DNA of 64,000 nucleotides. Origin: Lama glama (taxonomy: Eukaryota). The notes beneath the pieces are model-generated. The model made no database searches. It was not told the DNA's origin and worked only from the letters and a program-made list of their open reading frames with translations. The stretch lies in NCBI GenBank assembly GCA_028534125.1, contig CM052817.1, forward strand, positions 34,350,001 to 34,414,000, in the 5' to 3' direction. The position numbers and the translations under genes were made by a program. Positions 26,005-39,045 of the stretch are shown here, piece by piece (within the stretch, counting starts at the first letter, position 1; each line of letters starts with the position of its first letter).

Positions 26005-27148
26005 ATTTTTCTTCCAGTTTTATTGAGATATGATTGACATAGAGCAATGTGCAAATTTAGGTATACAGCATAATAATCTGACTTACGTGCATCATGAAAT
26101 GATCACCACAATAGATTTAGTGAACATCCATCATCTCGTATAGATACAACGTTAAAGAAATAGAAAATATATACATTTTTTCCTTCTGATGAGAACTCAG
26201 GATTCTCACTCTTTACTTTCATACATAAAGTACAGCAGTGTTAATTACCTTCATCATGTTGTACCTTATGTCCCTAGTATTTATTTATCTTATAAATGGA
26301 AGTTTGTGCCCTTTGACTGCCTTCCTAGACCTCCTCCCCCCCACCTCTCTCACCTCTGTAGCCACAAATCTGATCTCTTTCTATGACTTTGCTTGTTTTT
26401 GAAGTATAACTGACCTACAGCAATGTTAGTTCCTGGTACACAATACAGTCATTTGATATTTCTATACATTTCAAAATTATCACCATGATAAATCTAGTTG
26501 TCACCTGTCAATCACAAAAAGATATTACACAATTATTGACTATATTCCCCACACTGTACATTTCATACCAGTGACTCACTTATTTTGTAACTGAAAGTTT
26601 GTACCTCTTAATCTCCCTCACCAATTTCTCTCCTTCCCCTATCCTCCTCCCCTCTGGTAACATCTGTTTCCTCCTGTATCTCTGACTCTGTCTCTGTTCA
26701 GTTATATTTGTTCATTTGTGTTGCTTTTTAGATTCCATATATAGGTGAAATCACACAGTATTTGTCTTTCTCTGTCTGACTTATTTAACAGCATAATACT
26801 CTCTAGGTCTGTCCACATTGTGGCAAGTGGCAAGATTTCATTCTTGTTTATGGCTGAATAATACTCAATTGTGTATGCATACTACATCTTCTTTATCCAT
26901 TCAGCTATTGATGGACACTTAGGTCACTTCCACTTCTTGGCTATTGCAAATAATGCTGCAGTGAGCACTGGGGTTCATGTATCTTTTTGAATTAGTATTT
27001 TCATTTTCTTCAGATAAATACCCAGAAGTGGAATTGCTGGATCCTATGGTAGTGCTATTTTTAATTTTTTGAGGAATCTCCACACCATTTTCCATAGTGA
27101 CTGCACTAATTTACATTCCCCCCGACAGTGCCCTTTTCTCCACCCATG
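26005..27148 (-). mobile_element. L1 3' end with bipartite 3' UTR (Laurasiatheria/L1_Carn-like)
   Basis: ORF2-end motifs (cccagaagtggaattgctggatcctatggtag; ttgaggaatctcca) and two successive 3' UTR-like modules; degenerate TSD ctagtattttt / ctaggattttt (26000, 27149). Confidence 0.88.
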
Positions 27149-28272
27149 CTAGGATTTTTTAAACATTTTTTTCAGTTAATATTAATTGAGTATTTACTAT
27201 ATGTCAGCCACAGTGTTATAAGCTTGACAGGCAATCTCTGTCCTCAAATAGTTCACCAGCCTATTGACTCATGGAACCTACCAACAAACCGGTAGGGTCA
27301 ATATTCTCATGCCATTTAAGGCTCTATAAGTATACACAGGAGGAAGACACAGAAGAAGAAACGGAGGCTCAGAAGAGTGAACATGTTTTCCCAGAGCCAC
27401 ATAACAAAAAAGTGGGAGAGCAGGATTCTGATCCCTGCCTTACACCCGGGACTCACACAGCAACCGCTCTTCTCCAGCGCAGTGTGGCCCTGGGAAGCCT
27501 TTCTTCTTACAGTTGCCTCGGAGGTGATTTAAACTACAAGGGCCTGTTCCATGCAGGGATCTTGAGCTGAGTCACATCAGAGCAAACAGGCCGACTGCCT
27601 CCTCGGGTTTCCTTTCCTGGGTGTTTTCTTATCTGCCTCCCACCAATGGCTTAGCCTGTTTGGGAGAGTGGGGTCAGGAAGTGGCATCCAGTCTCTGTTT
27701 TTATTCTCTGTGTGGAAAATTTCTAATTATAGGTCATACTGAGAGTCTCCATTCTCCCCCGTGGCTCTGCACTCTGTTTATGTAACTTAATAAGCAAAGA
27801 CCCAGAGCTCTTTTTTTTTTTTTAAAGACTTAAACCATGAAGCTTTTAATGAGGAATCAAACTCATTCCCTTATCTTTCTGATTAGTGAACAGCCGTCGT
27901 CTGTTATCTGCTTAGTCTGTAGCTGAAATTACGATCTCCTCTCTGGTCAGGATTTTATAGTCTGATTACGCCTTAAGCTTCCTGTGTAAGCCATCAGGGG
28001 AAGCAGGAACATTAACTGTCCCCAACACCACCACCAAAAAATAGATTCAAGTACAGCCCTTTAAAATGCCAGCCTTCACAGAATAAAGAGATGCCATATC
28101 ACAGTATCAAGTAAACCAGAGTCTGAGTTGCAGACGGAGAGATACAGGAGGGCATCTGATGCAACCAGAGGTGCCCATCTGGAGCATAAAGGACTTTGAA
28201 TGAGACTTTAGATGACTGTTATGCTTTGGAGAACACAAGCTAAAGGCCAATACCGAAACAGCTTTATTTTAA

Positions 28273-28540
28273 CTTTTTATTGAAGTGTAGTCAGTTTATA
28301 ATGTGTCAATTTCTGGCATACAGCATGTTTCAGTCATACCTATACATACGTATATTCATATTCTGTTTCATTATAGGTTACTACATGATGTTGAATATAG
28401 TTCCCTGTGCTAGCCAGTATAAACTGGTTGTTTATCTATTTTATATATAGTAGTTTATCTGCAAATCTCAAATTCCCAATTTATCCCTTCCCACCCCCTT
28501 TCTCCCCTGGTAACCATAAGTTTGTTTTCTATGTCTAATT
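28273..28540 (-). mobile_element. Camelid/cetartiodactyl L1 3' UTR, 5'-truncated, with TSD
   Basis: attgaagtgtagtcagtttataatgtg ... cccctggtaaccataagtttgttttctatgtct; TSD agctttattttaa at 28260-28272 and 28541-28553. Confidence 0.9.
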
Positions 28541-30259
28541 AGCTTTATTTTAAGTACATAGCTATTTCTTCCCTAATATGCCTAGAAAGACATTCTAAAA
28601 GTACATCATCTCAGTCTAGGATCTACTGGAAATCTATTCAGTAACAGGAACTTTTAGGCAAAAGTTGATCAGCAGCAACAAACCAGTCCTACAGAACAAA
28701 ATGGAAAAAGAAGATCCCACAAAAACACATTTTTAAGCCAAATTTTTTTAAAGTCAAAAAACAACTGTGTAGGAAAGATTCTGTTCTCTCCCTGCCAGCG
28801 GTGTGTAAACAGAAACTCCTTTTGCAGAAATGCTCAACAATAGAGGCTAAGAAGAAAATAAAAAAGTGGGATTTGGGGAGAAGACTCTGACCTTGAAAAG
28901 CTACACTATTAGTAACTATTATAAAATTAACTTTTTAATTATCCTCTAGAGGCTGCAGAACACACTGACATGAAGGGAAACGAATTTATGAAAACGACTG
29001 CCAAGTAGGATCAAGGAAGGTGCCTGCTATTCAGGCAGCAAAGAGCACCGAAGCAGGCATGCAGGGCCGGGAGAGAAAAGAGTAAGTGACCCCAGGAAAG
29101 TCACTGAGCCGGGCTGAAGCAGCTCCAGGAGCCATCTTCCCACCACAACGCTTCTTACCTTCCTCCTCAAAGAGGTGACGAGGTGACAAGGTACTGTGCG
29201 GTATGTTCCCAGAACAGAGGCTGGCACAGAATCAACGTCACCACCATCATCACTGTTGCTGTTACTTTGGGAATTCCCAAGCAATGTCCATTGAGGAGAT
29301 ATTTGAAGATAAACAGACATTTTCCAGCCTTTAGGTTTCTTGGCCAATTTTGTTTTAATCCATGTTCCATTTTGATAAATGAAAAAAATATATTATCTCA
29401 CTGTCTCAACTAGAGTTTAGTATGCTCCCCTGTATGGGAACAGTCCCAAGAATCCCTAAAGGGTCTATCTATCTTCTAGGCAGGAAAATTTTGTTGATTA
29501 TATAATGAAAAGAAAGCTTACTTTCTATTGTTCAGTATCGTACAGACTATTTCATGCATACAGTATGATATCGCTTTATATATTACCTAACACATTATCA
29601 TACTGAATATGTTTCCCCAAGCATACACAGCTATTTTCTCTTCTCCCCCACACCCCTCACCAAGCCCTTCATAGACATCTCTGCTTTAGGACTTAGCCTA
29701 GAAGAATTATTCCAGCTCTAATACACATTGCAGAGTGGTTTTCTGAAAGAAGGGGGACTTTGGGAGCTGGATAAATTCCTGTGAACTGAAGGCAGCAAAT
29801 GTTCAGAAACATAAGGCTAATGTGGAGAAAAGGTGGAGGAGGAAGAGGATTAAATGGATTATACAGACATGTAAAAAATAAATAGGATGCTCTTTAGCCT
29901 TTCAACAAAGTAAAACTGGTCACCTGAGCCACCAAAGCCATAATAATGGGTGAATCCAAGTCTACGTCAGTGTAATTTCCAGGTCCACCACCAGCCCACA
30001 CAGTCCCTTTAGGCAAATTAGGAAGGGACACACCTTCCTCAAAGCACTTTACCTTCATATTCTGAAAAATCACTGTAATATACTTAGTTTTTTTTAAGAA
30101 CAAGGAACTTAACTCCCATCTACTTTAAAAAGTGTCATGTAAATTTGCAGAAATCGACACTGTCTATGATGCAATGGAAGGTCCTCTGTACATGGAAGGT
30201 CTACAACTGGAGCTCAGTGACACACAGCTCCCCTGGGGATCGCCTGTATAATGCCCATC

Positions 30260-30370
30260 ACCCAAACCATGAGGAGCTGTGTCTGTTTTATGCATGACTT
30301 CATCTAGCTAAGTTCTGCTACATAGTAGGTTCTTAATATATGTCCACCGAATGACTGAATGAATAAATGA
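30260..30370 (+). mobile_element. L2 3' end
   Basis: catagtaggttcttaatatatgtccaccgaatgactgaatgaataaatga (L2 tail). Confidence 0.7.
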
Positions 30371-30383
30371 AAGGTCCTCCTTT

Positions 30384-30540
30384 TTTTTCTTTTAAATTTA
30401 TTTATTTATTCATTCAACAAATATTTACATGTGCCGACCATGCACCAGGAACTGTTCTAGGCAATGGAGACGCTGTACTAAGCAGAACAGACAAAATCCC
30501 TACACTTGTGGAGTTTATGTTCTGATAGAGAGAAACAGAA
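30384..30540 (-). mobile_element. L2a-like 3' end with poly(A) and flanking 15-bp direct repeat
   Basis: cattcaacaaatatttac ... gcaccaggaactgttctaggcaatggagac ... acagacaaaatccctaca; flanks gaaaggtcctccttt / gaaagttcctccttt. Confidence 0.85.
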
Positions 30541-30589
30541 GAAAGTTCCTCCTTTAACACGAGAATCTACTGAAAAAGTGAAAACTAAG

Positions 30590-31288
30590 AGGAAAGTATA
30601 CTGGTGCAGACACTGTGGAAAACAGTATGGAGGTTTCTCAAAGAACTAAAAACAGAACTACCATATGAATCAGAAATCCCACTCCTGGGTATATATCCAA
30701 AAAAACCAAAAACACAAATTTGAAAAGATACATGCACCCCAATATTCATAGCAGCACTATTTACAATAGCCAAGACATGGAAGCAACCTAAGTGTCCAGT
30801 GACAGATGACTGGATAAAGAAGATGTTGTGTGTGTGTATATATATATAATAGAATATTACTTTGCCATTAAAAATGAGGTTTTTCCATTGGCAACAATAC
30901 AGATGGACTTAGAGGGCATTATGCTAAGTGAAATAAGTTAGACAGAGAAAGACAAATACTCTATGATATCACTTACATGTGAAGTCTAAAAGAAAAATGA
31001 ACTAATGAATATACTAAAAAAGAAACAGGCTCACAGATGTAGAGAACAAACTGGTGGTAACCAGTAGGGAGAGGGAAGTGAGGAGGGCAAGACAGGGATA
31101 GGGGATTAAGAGGTACAAATTATTACGTATAAAATAAATAAGTTACAAGGATGTATCATACAACACAAGGAATACAGCCAATATTTTATAAGTTGAGTAT
31201 AACCTTTAAAAATTATAAATTATTACATTGCACACCGTAATTTATATAATATTGTACAGCAACTATGCCTCAATAAAAATAATTTTAT
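30590..31288 (+). mobile_element. L1 3' end (ORF2 C-terminus plus 3' UTR), with TSD
   Basis: cactgtggaaaacagtatggaggtttctcaaag; gatacatgcaccccaatattcatagcagcac; perfect 14-bp TSD aagtgaaaactaag at 30576-30589 and 31289-31302. Confidence 0.93.
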
Positions 31289-31304
31289 AAGTGAAAACTA
31301 AGCA

Positions 31305-31460
31305 TGGCTAATGTTTACGGAGCACCTTCCATGCATCAGGCATATGCTAAGCACAAATGTGCACTGGCAGGAAAACTCTGTAAGGTAGGTACCGTTTCTC
31401 TCCACACCCACAGAGGCCTAAAGAGGTTAAGCACCTTACTGATGTCATCCTGTTCATGAG
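31305..31460 (-). mobile_element. MIR fragment
   Basis: gctaatgtttacggagcacc ... cagaggcctaaagaggttaagcacctt. Confidence 0.6.
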
Positions 31461-31829
31461 TCACAAACCACGTGACGGCCATCATCACATTCCTCACCAC
31501 TACGCTGGCAAGTCCGTGTGGAGTCTGCATTGCTCCAAGAGGCTGCTACACCTATTGGAAACACAGAGTTCCTCTGTGTGGCCAGTCCAAGGAAGAGAAG
31601 GCACCAGAGGATCCAAGGTCTGACTTCCTGTTCTGTCTGCAGAGACAAAGTTGTCCTCTTTATGCAACCCAGGACAGGAATGAGGTCACACAATGTTTCC
31701 AGTCCTGGCTGGCATGCCCAAGACTCCCCTTTGAAATCAGTTAGCAGCATTTCACTCAGCTGCAGAACCACAGGCCCTCTGTCACCTGTGGGTGCACCAT
31801 CTAGGCCCACAGCACATTCTGAAATGTCC

Positions 31830-31848
31830 CGGCCACTAGATGGCACTG
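31830..31848 (+). promoter_or_regulatory. CTCF-binding motif (candidate)
   Basis: cggccactagatggcactg matches the core CCASYAGRKGGCRS with no mismatch, in non-repeat sequence; binding is not shown. Confidence 0.6.
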
Positions 31849-31899
31849 AAGCTCAAATGTCACAAAAATATTTGGAATCCTTCTCCAGCCGTATTTTAA

Positions 31900-32148
31900 T
31901 TAAGATAATAACAACAAATCACCGTATTAAGCACTTACTATGTCTCTCAAGCATGATCTCATCTAACCCTCTCAGCAACTCCATGGGGTCGATCCCTTAC
32001 TAAGCCCATGTTACAGATGAAGAAACTGAGCTTTAGAGAGACAAGTATCTGGACCAAGGCCGCACAACGAGTAAGAGGCAGAGCAGGGATTTTAATCTAA
32101 GCAATCTGACTCTCCAGAGCCCACTGTTCTTAGCCACCCCACTGTTCT
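31900..32148 (-). mobile_element. MIR SINE
   Basis: attaagcacttactatgt ... cccatgttacagatgaagaaactgagcttt ... ggcagagcagggatttt ... ctgactctccagagccc. Confidence 0.85.
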
Positions 32149-33279
32149 GTTTCCTCCCACACATCATCTTCCTGACACTCAGCTGCTGAGCACAGGTTCA
32201 ATATGACCGCAGGTTATTTTTGAAACTCCTCTTGGAAAATCCTCTCAAGAGGGAGGAAGAAAAACCCCATTCAGGCCACATAAGCACGTCAGGCACAAGC
32301 TAAGATTCAGATAGACTGGAGCTGTTTACTCAAGGGCACAGCCTCAAAAGAGCATCATCGTGGTAAAAAAAAAAAAGAGTTCCGGCCTGTGGTACAGTGA
32401 AGCCAAGTCCGCTGGATGCAGCTGCGGGGTCTCACATGTTAGAGGAGCCCCAGCAGGTGGCCTGAAGGTGGGCTCTGGCTCCCCCTTACCCATCCCAGGA
32501 TCTAGAACAGGTCCTTAGATTCTCCAGCTTCCAGTACTAAAAGGAGTAACTAATGCATGCCCTGTCGTCTTTGCTGGGTGAAAATAAAACGCAGGGACAT
32601 CGTTGATGTTTTTTAGTGGTAAGTAAAGTACAGTATCATTTTAAGCCTTCTCTCCTGTCTCCCCTAAGCAACCTCCTTTTGAATCCAGTCTTTTCTTTTC
32701 ACAACCCAAGTCTGTTTCCAGAAAACTGTTCTTAAAGACCAGATCTTAACAGATCTGCTCCTCCCACTCCCAGCCATGGCCTCTCCTTCTGCATCTCTCC
32801 CACCGTAGTCCCCTCCTTTGCCTTATGCTCCAGACAGACTAGACTCCCTGCGATGCTCAAACATGCTCCTTACTTGCCTGCCTCTGTATCTCTGTTCATC
32901 TATTCCCTCCACCTGTCTGTGGTTTGTGCCACCCAACACCTAAGCCTTTGATTAGTGCTTAGGATCTTCCTTGAAGGAATGACTCCCTGGCACTGCACTG
33001 GCCAAGAGGTGGACACATGATCCAAGTCACACCTACCAGGCCCTCTTGCCTTAAAACATGTACCCTGAGAGGAGTGATCCAACCCAATTGTGTTGGAGTT
33101 GACCCATCCTACATACCACACTCTGAAAAAAAATCTGCCCCCAGTCTCCTTACATCAATCCCCAATGCCTGTTCCCTTAGAGGTTCAGCTTTTATTTTAG
33201 TTCAGGAGATACTCCCACAATCCCCAATAGATTCCCCTCTTTTCCTCCCACCCTTCCCTTATCAATTAGCGAGAGTCCA

Positions 33280-33505
33280 TCTCTGCTGCTTGCAGCCACT
33301 AAACAATCCTTCAAGATTCAGTTCAAACGGCAACTCCTTCATGAAGCCTCATTTCAAGCACATTGTACAGCAGTCATCTGTGTACATTTTTATTATCCCT
33401 CTAGATGATTTACTCTTTAAAGTCAAGGACTGGGGCTTGTTCATCTTTGTATCCCCCACAGCCTCTAAGCATAGTGCCCAGCACATGCTCATTTCTTGAT
33501 AAACT
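33280..33505 (+). mobile_element. L2 fragment
   Basis: tccttcaagattcagttcaaa ... aaggactggggcttgttcatctttgtatcccccacagcc ... agtgcccagcacat. Confidence 0.7.
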
Positions 33506-34554
33506 GTATTTGTAGACTTGATGGAGCAGAGTTTAAAGCAATTCACAGGATTTGGTGGAATTTGTATTCTGAATTCTGGAGTATTCAGACATGGTGTTAC
33601 GTAACTGAATTTGTGTTACTACAGGAAGCATCTATCCACATGCTACAACCATGGCCACCTTTTCAAGAAAGCTCAAGGGCTGTGGTGATTTAAGAGAGCA
33701 GCTCAGACCAGAGATTTCCAACTCTTGTCCTGCTTCGCTCCCTGAAATGTCAGGCCTCTGGCAGCTGCCTCCATCAGATCCCAAACAAGTGTGTGAATAA
33801 CAATAGGAAGTGTGACAGTTCCCTAGGCTTTTTTTTTAAGCCTTCACAGGAAGAGCTTGACTATGGAGAAGTCTATGTTTAGACTGCTGTCTTTTGTATT
33901 TAGATAAGTAAACTGCATTTCAAGGCCCCTGGGATGCAAGTTATACTCATTATATGCAAAACAATTTCCCCTTCAGCATGATTTTCACATCAGAATGATA
34001 AAGGGTAACCAAAAAGTAAGAACCACTGTAGTAGGAAACTGACCCATGGTTAATGTAAAACCTTAAATGAGTACAATTAAACTGTTTTCTGAAGCATATA
34101 AATATTACAAAGTCAAGTATGACTTTTGTTATTTCTATCATGAAATGGTGTTACTCTTCTTCATTCAGATTTGAGGTCATTTTGAAGCAAGGGAAGAGGG
34201 AGGGAGAAAAGAGGGAGAAAGGAAGTTGACAACAAGGTTTCCGAGCTTACTGCTGCTTCCCGTCCTCACCAAGAAGTCAGCTGATTGGGAGAAGTCCTGT
34301 AGCACAAGTACAGGAGAAGTGTTAGGTCTGCTGTAAATATTCATTAATTAGGCACCTATGCCCTAAGGCCTATGGCTTGTCCACTTCTAATAATTACTTA
34401 CTGAACATCCATTACATGAATGAAAAACCACCACAAAAATCTATTCCCCAACACATTTCGTATTTTCAAAGGTTGTGCCGTAATACAAAAAAGATGAAGG
34501 TTGAACTTGACCTATGGTCAGTAAAATCCAAGGATATTATCCACACAAAAACAA

Positions 34555-36500
34555 GAGGTGCATTCTGGGAAGATGGAGTAGGGATACTTTTCCCTATTCC
34601 TCCCATTAACTATATCTAAAAACCCAGACATTATATATAAAACAAATACAAAAAGACTCTGAAAGGTGAAGAGAAGGCAGATTGGCAGGAAGGAAATAAT
34701 AAAGAGTAGAAATTAGTAAAATCAATGAAATTGAAAATGAAAAAAAAACAGTATAGAAAAATCAACAAAACAAAGAGCTGGTGCTTTGAAAAGATCAGTA
34801 AAATTGACAAACCTCTAGCAAGACTGATGAAAAAGAGAAGACACACCTTGCCAATATAAGTATCAGAAATGATAAAAGGACAACACTACAGACTCTGCAG
34901 ACATCAGAAGGAGAATAAGAGAAGACCACAAAAAAACCTACACACATGTTTAACCACCTAGACAAAGTGGATCAACTCCTTGAAAAACACAAATCACCAC
35001 AATTCATACAATAGGAAAGAGATCATTTGAATAGCCATGTAACTATTAAGGAAATTGAGTTCACAACTGAAAAAACCCCGCCAAAGAAACCTCCAGACCT
35101 AGACGGATTCCCTGGTAGAGGATTCTACCAAATATTTAAAGAAGAATTAATACCAATTCTATACGATCTCTTCCAGGACATAGAAGGAAATTCTTCCCAA
35201 TTCATTTCTCTGCTAGCATTACTCAGATATCAAAATGAGAAAAAGACAGTACAATAAAAGAAAACTACAGATTAATATCCTTCATGAATAAAAGGAAAAA
35301 TCATTAACAAAATATTAGCAAATAGAATTCAGCAATATATAAGAATTTCATGTCATTATACATCAAGTGAGGTTTATACCAGGGATGAAGGCCAGGTCAG
35401 TATTTGAAAATTCATCAATGTAATCTACCATATTAACAGACTGAGGAAGAAAAAATCACATGATAGTATTAATCAATACAAAAAAAAGCATTTGACAAAA
35501 ATCCAATACATTCATGTTAAACACTCTCAGAAAAATAAGAATAGAGAGGAACTTCCTCAGCTTGATAAAAGCATCTTTCAAAACTTGAAACTAACATTAT
35601 ACTTAATGGTGAAAACAATGCTTTCCTTCTAAGATCAGGAACAAGGCAGGACAGACACTCTAAGCACTCTTATTCAAGACAGTGTTGGAAGTTCTAGCCA
35701 GAGCAATAAGGTATGAAAAGGAAATAAAAGACAAACAGACCATAAAGGAAGAAATAAAACTGTCCCCATTTTCAAATGACATAATTGTCAACACAGAAAA
35801 ACCCAAAGGAATCTACAAAAAAATTCCCAGACCTAATAAGTGAGTTCAGCAAGGTCACAGGATAAAATATAAGCAAACTAAACTCAGTCATACTTCTATA
35901 TACTAGCAATAAACACACTAAAACATTAAAAAATACAGTTCCATTTACACTCAAATAAAATGAAATGCTTAGGTATAAATTTAACAAAACATGTACAAAA
36001 CCTGTATGATGCATGATGAAAACCACACAACAGCTAAAACCACACAATAGCTAAAATAATTTTGAAAAAGAAAAAGAAAATTGGAGGTTTAGCCTACCTA
36101 ATTTCAAGACATGATATAGCTATAGTAATAAGTGGACTGTGAGGTACTGTCAGGGGGATAGACATATAGACCAATGGAAAAGAATAGAGAACTCAGAAGT
36201 AGAGCCACAAAAATATGCCCAATTGGTTTTTGACGAAAGTGCAAAACAATTCAATGAAGGAAAGACAGTCTTTTCAAGATGCTGTATAATTTGGACATCC
36301 ATAGGCAGAGAGAGGGAGGGAGGGAGGAAAGGAGGGAGGAAAGAGAGAGAGAAAGAGAAAGGAAGGAAGGAGGGAGGGAGAAAAGAAAGAAAGAAAGAAA
36401 ATCTTGACCTAAGTCTCATACCTTATACAAAAATTAATTCAAAATGGATCTCAGACTTAACATGTAAAATATAAAACTTAGGAGAAAAGGGAGAAATATG
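34555..36500 (+). mobile_element. Old L1 (L1MC-like): short 5' end joined to degenerate ORF2
   Basis: 5'-end-like aagatggagtagggatacttttccctattcctccc; ORF2 remnants ([48 protein letters not shown]) with frameshifts and stops. Confidence 0.9.
36305..36400. repeat. Purine-rich (GGGA/GAAA)n simple repeat within L1
   Basis: agagggagggagggaggaaaggagggaggaaagagagagagaaag... Confidence 0.9.
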
Positions 36501-36769
36501 ACACATAAAAAGTTGACACATAAAATTAACCACTGGCATAATGAAGCAATATAGCTGCTGATATTCCAGCATGCCTCATTCCAGGAAGCAGGGAGGAGGA
36601 AGTGGGCAAGGACAAAGGGCATGTGATAGCATCTATTTCTCTTAAGGGATTTTCCTAACAAAGTTAATCAACAATTTTGCTTACATCTCAGTGGAAACTG
36701 TAATGTTTTAGTTGGGAAAACCAGCAGCCTGCTGAAGTAAATAATTCTGATAATCCAGGCCTCAGAGTG

Positions 36770-37930
36770 AATCTTTATATTTATCTTGCTTGGGGTCCTT
36801 TTGTATCAGTGGCTTGGTATCTTCCATCAGTTTCAGAGACCTCTCATCATTATTTAAATATTGAGTCTGCTCTATTCTCTCTTTCCTCTCCTGACAGTCC
36901 AATCATATATATGCTAGATCTTTTCATTATGTCCCTATGTTTCTTACACTGAATTTTGTATTTTCCATACTTTCTTCTCTTGATTCTTCAGTCCTGATGT
37001 TTCCTTTCAGTCTTTTTTTTTTTTTGCTCTGTCTAGTATGCTTTTAAAGCCATCTATTCAATTCTTAATTTCAATTATTGAAATTTTCAGTTGTAAAACT
37101 ACTATTTAGATTTCTTTCACGGTTTCAAGTTCTCTGCAGAAATTTTCCACCTTGTCATCTTATCTCTTGAACATATTATTTTATTTTATTTTTATTAAAG
37201 TATAGTCAATTCACAATGTTGTATCAATTTCTGGTGTATAGCATATGCTAAACATTATTTTGAAGCCTTTGTCTACAACCTCAAATATCAGGATATTTTG
37301 GGCTGTATCTACTGTCTGGGTATTTTTTTCCCCTTGATTTTGGATCATGTGGTTTTGTCTTCTGGTATGCCTAGTAAATTGCCAGACATTGGGGGTAAAA
37401 AATTTATACAGATAATCTGGAGCTCTGTGTAATAAACAGTCCTCTAGAGATGATTTACTTTTGCTTCTGGCAGATATTCAGAGTAAGAACAGATGGCCTT
37501 AATCCAACTGAGCTGGCATAAAAAGGTATTTTGTTTTTGTAAAAGTTGTCTATTTCTACTTCATTCTTACTCCTGGGACTGCATTGTGGATCCCAAATGA
37601 AAACCCGGAATGTTTTGTTTATGAGAGGCCCTCCTTCTTGACAGGTCCTAGGTTCCAATATTGCTTCTTTGGCTATAGAACACTGGTGGAAACTCAGCTT
37701 CTCAGCCATCATTTTCTGTTCTGCTTTTTCATGTTTCATCCTCCATTTGAATCACCCAATGCCTTAAGAGAGAAACTGGCAACAAAAGTTGAGTTCATTT
37801 TTGTGCTTTTCTTCTCTCCAGTATCTTGGCCCCCTCAACCTCTGTCTTGGTAATGCTCAGATGTCTTCAAATATATATATTTTTAATTTTATCCATCATT
37901 TCTAATTGTTGTCAGTTGAAGAACCAATCT
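36770..37930 (-). mobile_element. Old L1ME 5'/ORF1-region fragment
   Basis: tctattctctctttcctctcctgacagtccaatcatatatatgctaga; gtctagtatgcttttaaagccatctatt; contains a ~60-bp younger L1 3' tip near 37180-37245. Confidence 0.6.
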
Positions 37931-38919
37931 GCAATTCAGCTTACCAGCAGCATCCTGATTGATGATTTTTGAAGAATTGTCCTACGGTGAATCATAATCT
38001 CTCATAACCTACATTTGTCAAATTGACCCACTGATTGCCAAATCTCTACTTCACTTTGTGCTATTTAAACAGCCTTCCCCTCATGTTGCAAGGGGTTTAG
38101 GACACTGTCACATTTCTTGAGTTAATAGAGAACAAGAAGCATCACATATATGCTAAGTTGGTACAGGACATTAACTCATCTGAACTAATTTTCAAAGAAG
38201 TTATTTTATCCTAAGTCTGAACTTTTATTTAACTTTATGTTTGAGAACGCCATTTTTTTCTAGAAACGAGGATGCTTACACTACAGCAATGTGTGGAATA
38301 GAAAACATTCTGACACTTCTAAAATAGCACTCAGATTACTTCATTTATCTAGTCCTTCTCATATGCAATGCAGTGTACTTTGGGTTGTAAGAAAAGATTA
38401 CAGGCCACAGAACTTTAGATATGAAAGAAACTTAGAGATCATCTACTTAGACACACTCATTTTATAAAAGACCTGTTTGCCACAAAACAAGATCTTTATC
38501 TTTTTAACTCTTGTTCAGTTCTCTTTTCATGATGAAGTATAATTGCTAGTTTGAAAAAAAAATTCCTATCTCTCTTCCTTTCTCCATCACAGTCTTAAAC
38601 TTTTAAAAAGACTTTACCGAATAAAATGTAATTCTGAAATGATGATTCACATAATGATAAATGTAAGAAAAGCATAAAGTTTCTATCAGGCTTTCAAAAA
38701 TAATAAACATAGCTCCAGAAAAGACCCATTACTACCATCAAGAAATCAGTAGTAAAAGAAATTGTCCCTTCCCACCAGAAGTTTACAATCTCTATATAGA
38801 AAGACATATAAATGAATGATCATACTCTAGGCAGCATACATTATTGTAGCTATATGATATGTGATACACACATGAGGCACATGTAGTTATGTAACATAAT
38901 CCTGTATGTGATACATATG

Positions 38920-39045
38920 ATTAAGGTGGTCATGTTATGTCTGTCTCCCCTGGTAGATAAGGAACTCCTTAAGAGCAGGAATTCTAGCTTCTCACTGTCA
39001 GCCTCAGCTAGCAGTCTGCAATACAGCAAATCATTAAATGAATGA
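38920..39045 (+). mobile_element. L2 3' end
   Basis: atgtctgtctcccctggtagataaggaactccttaagagcagg ... attaaatgaatga. Confidence 0.7.
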
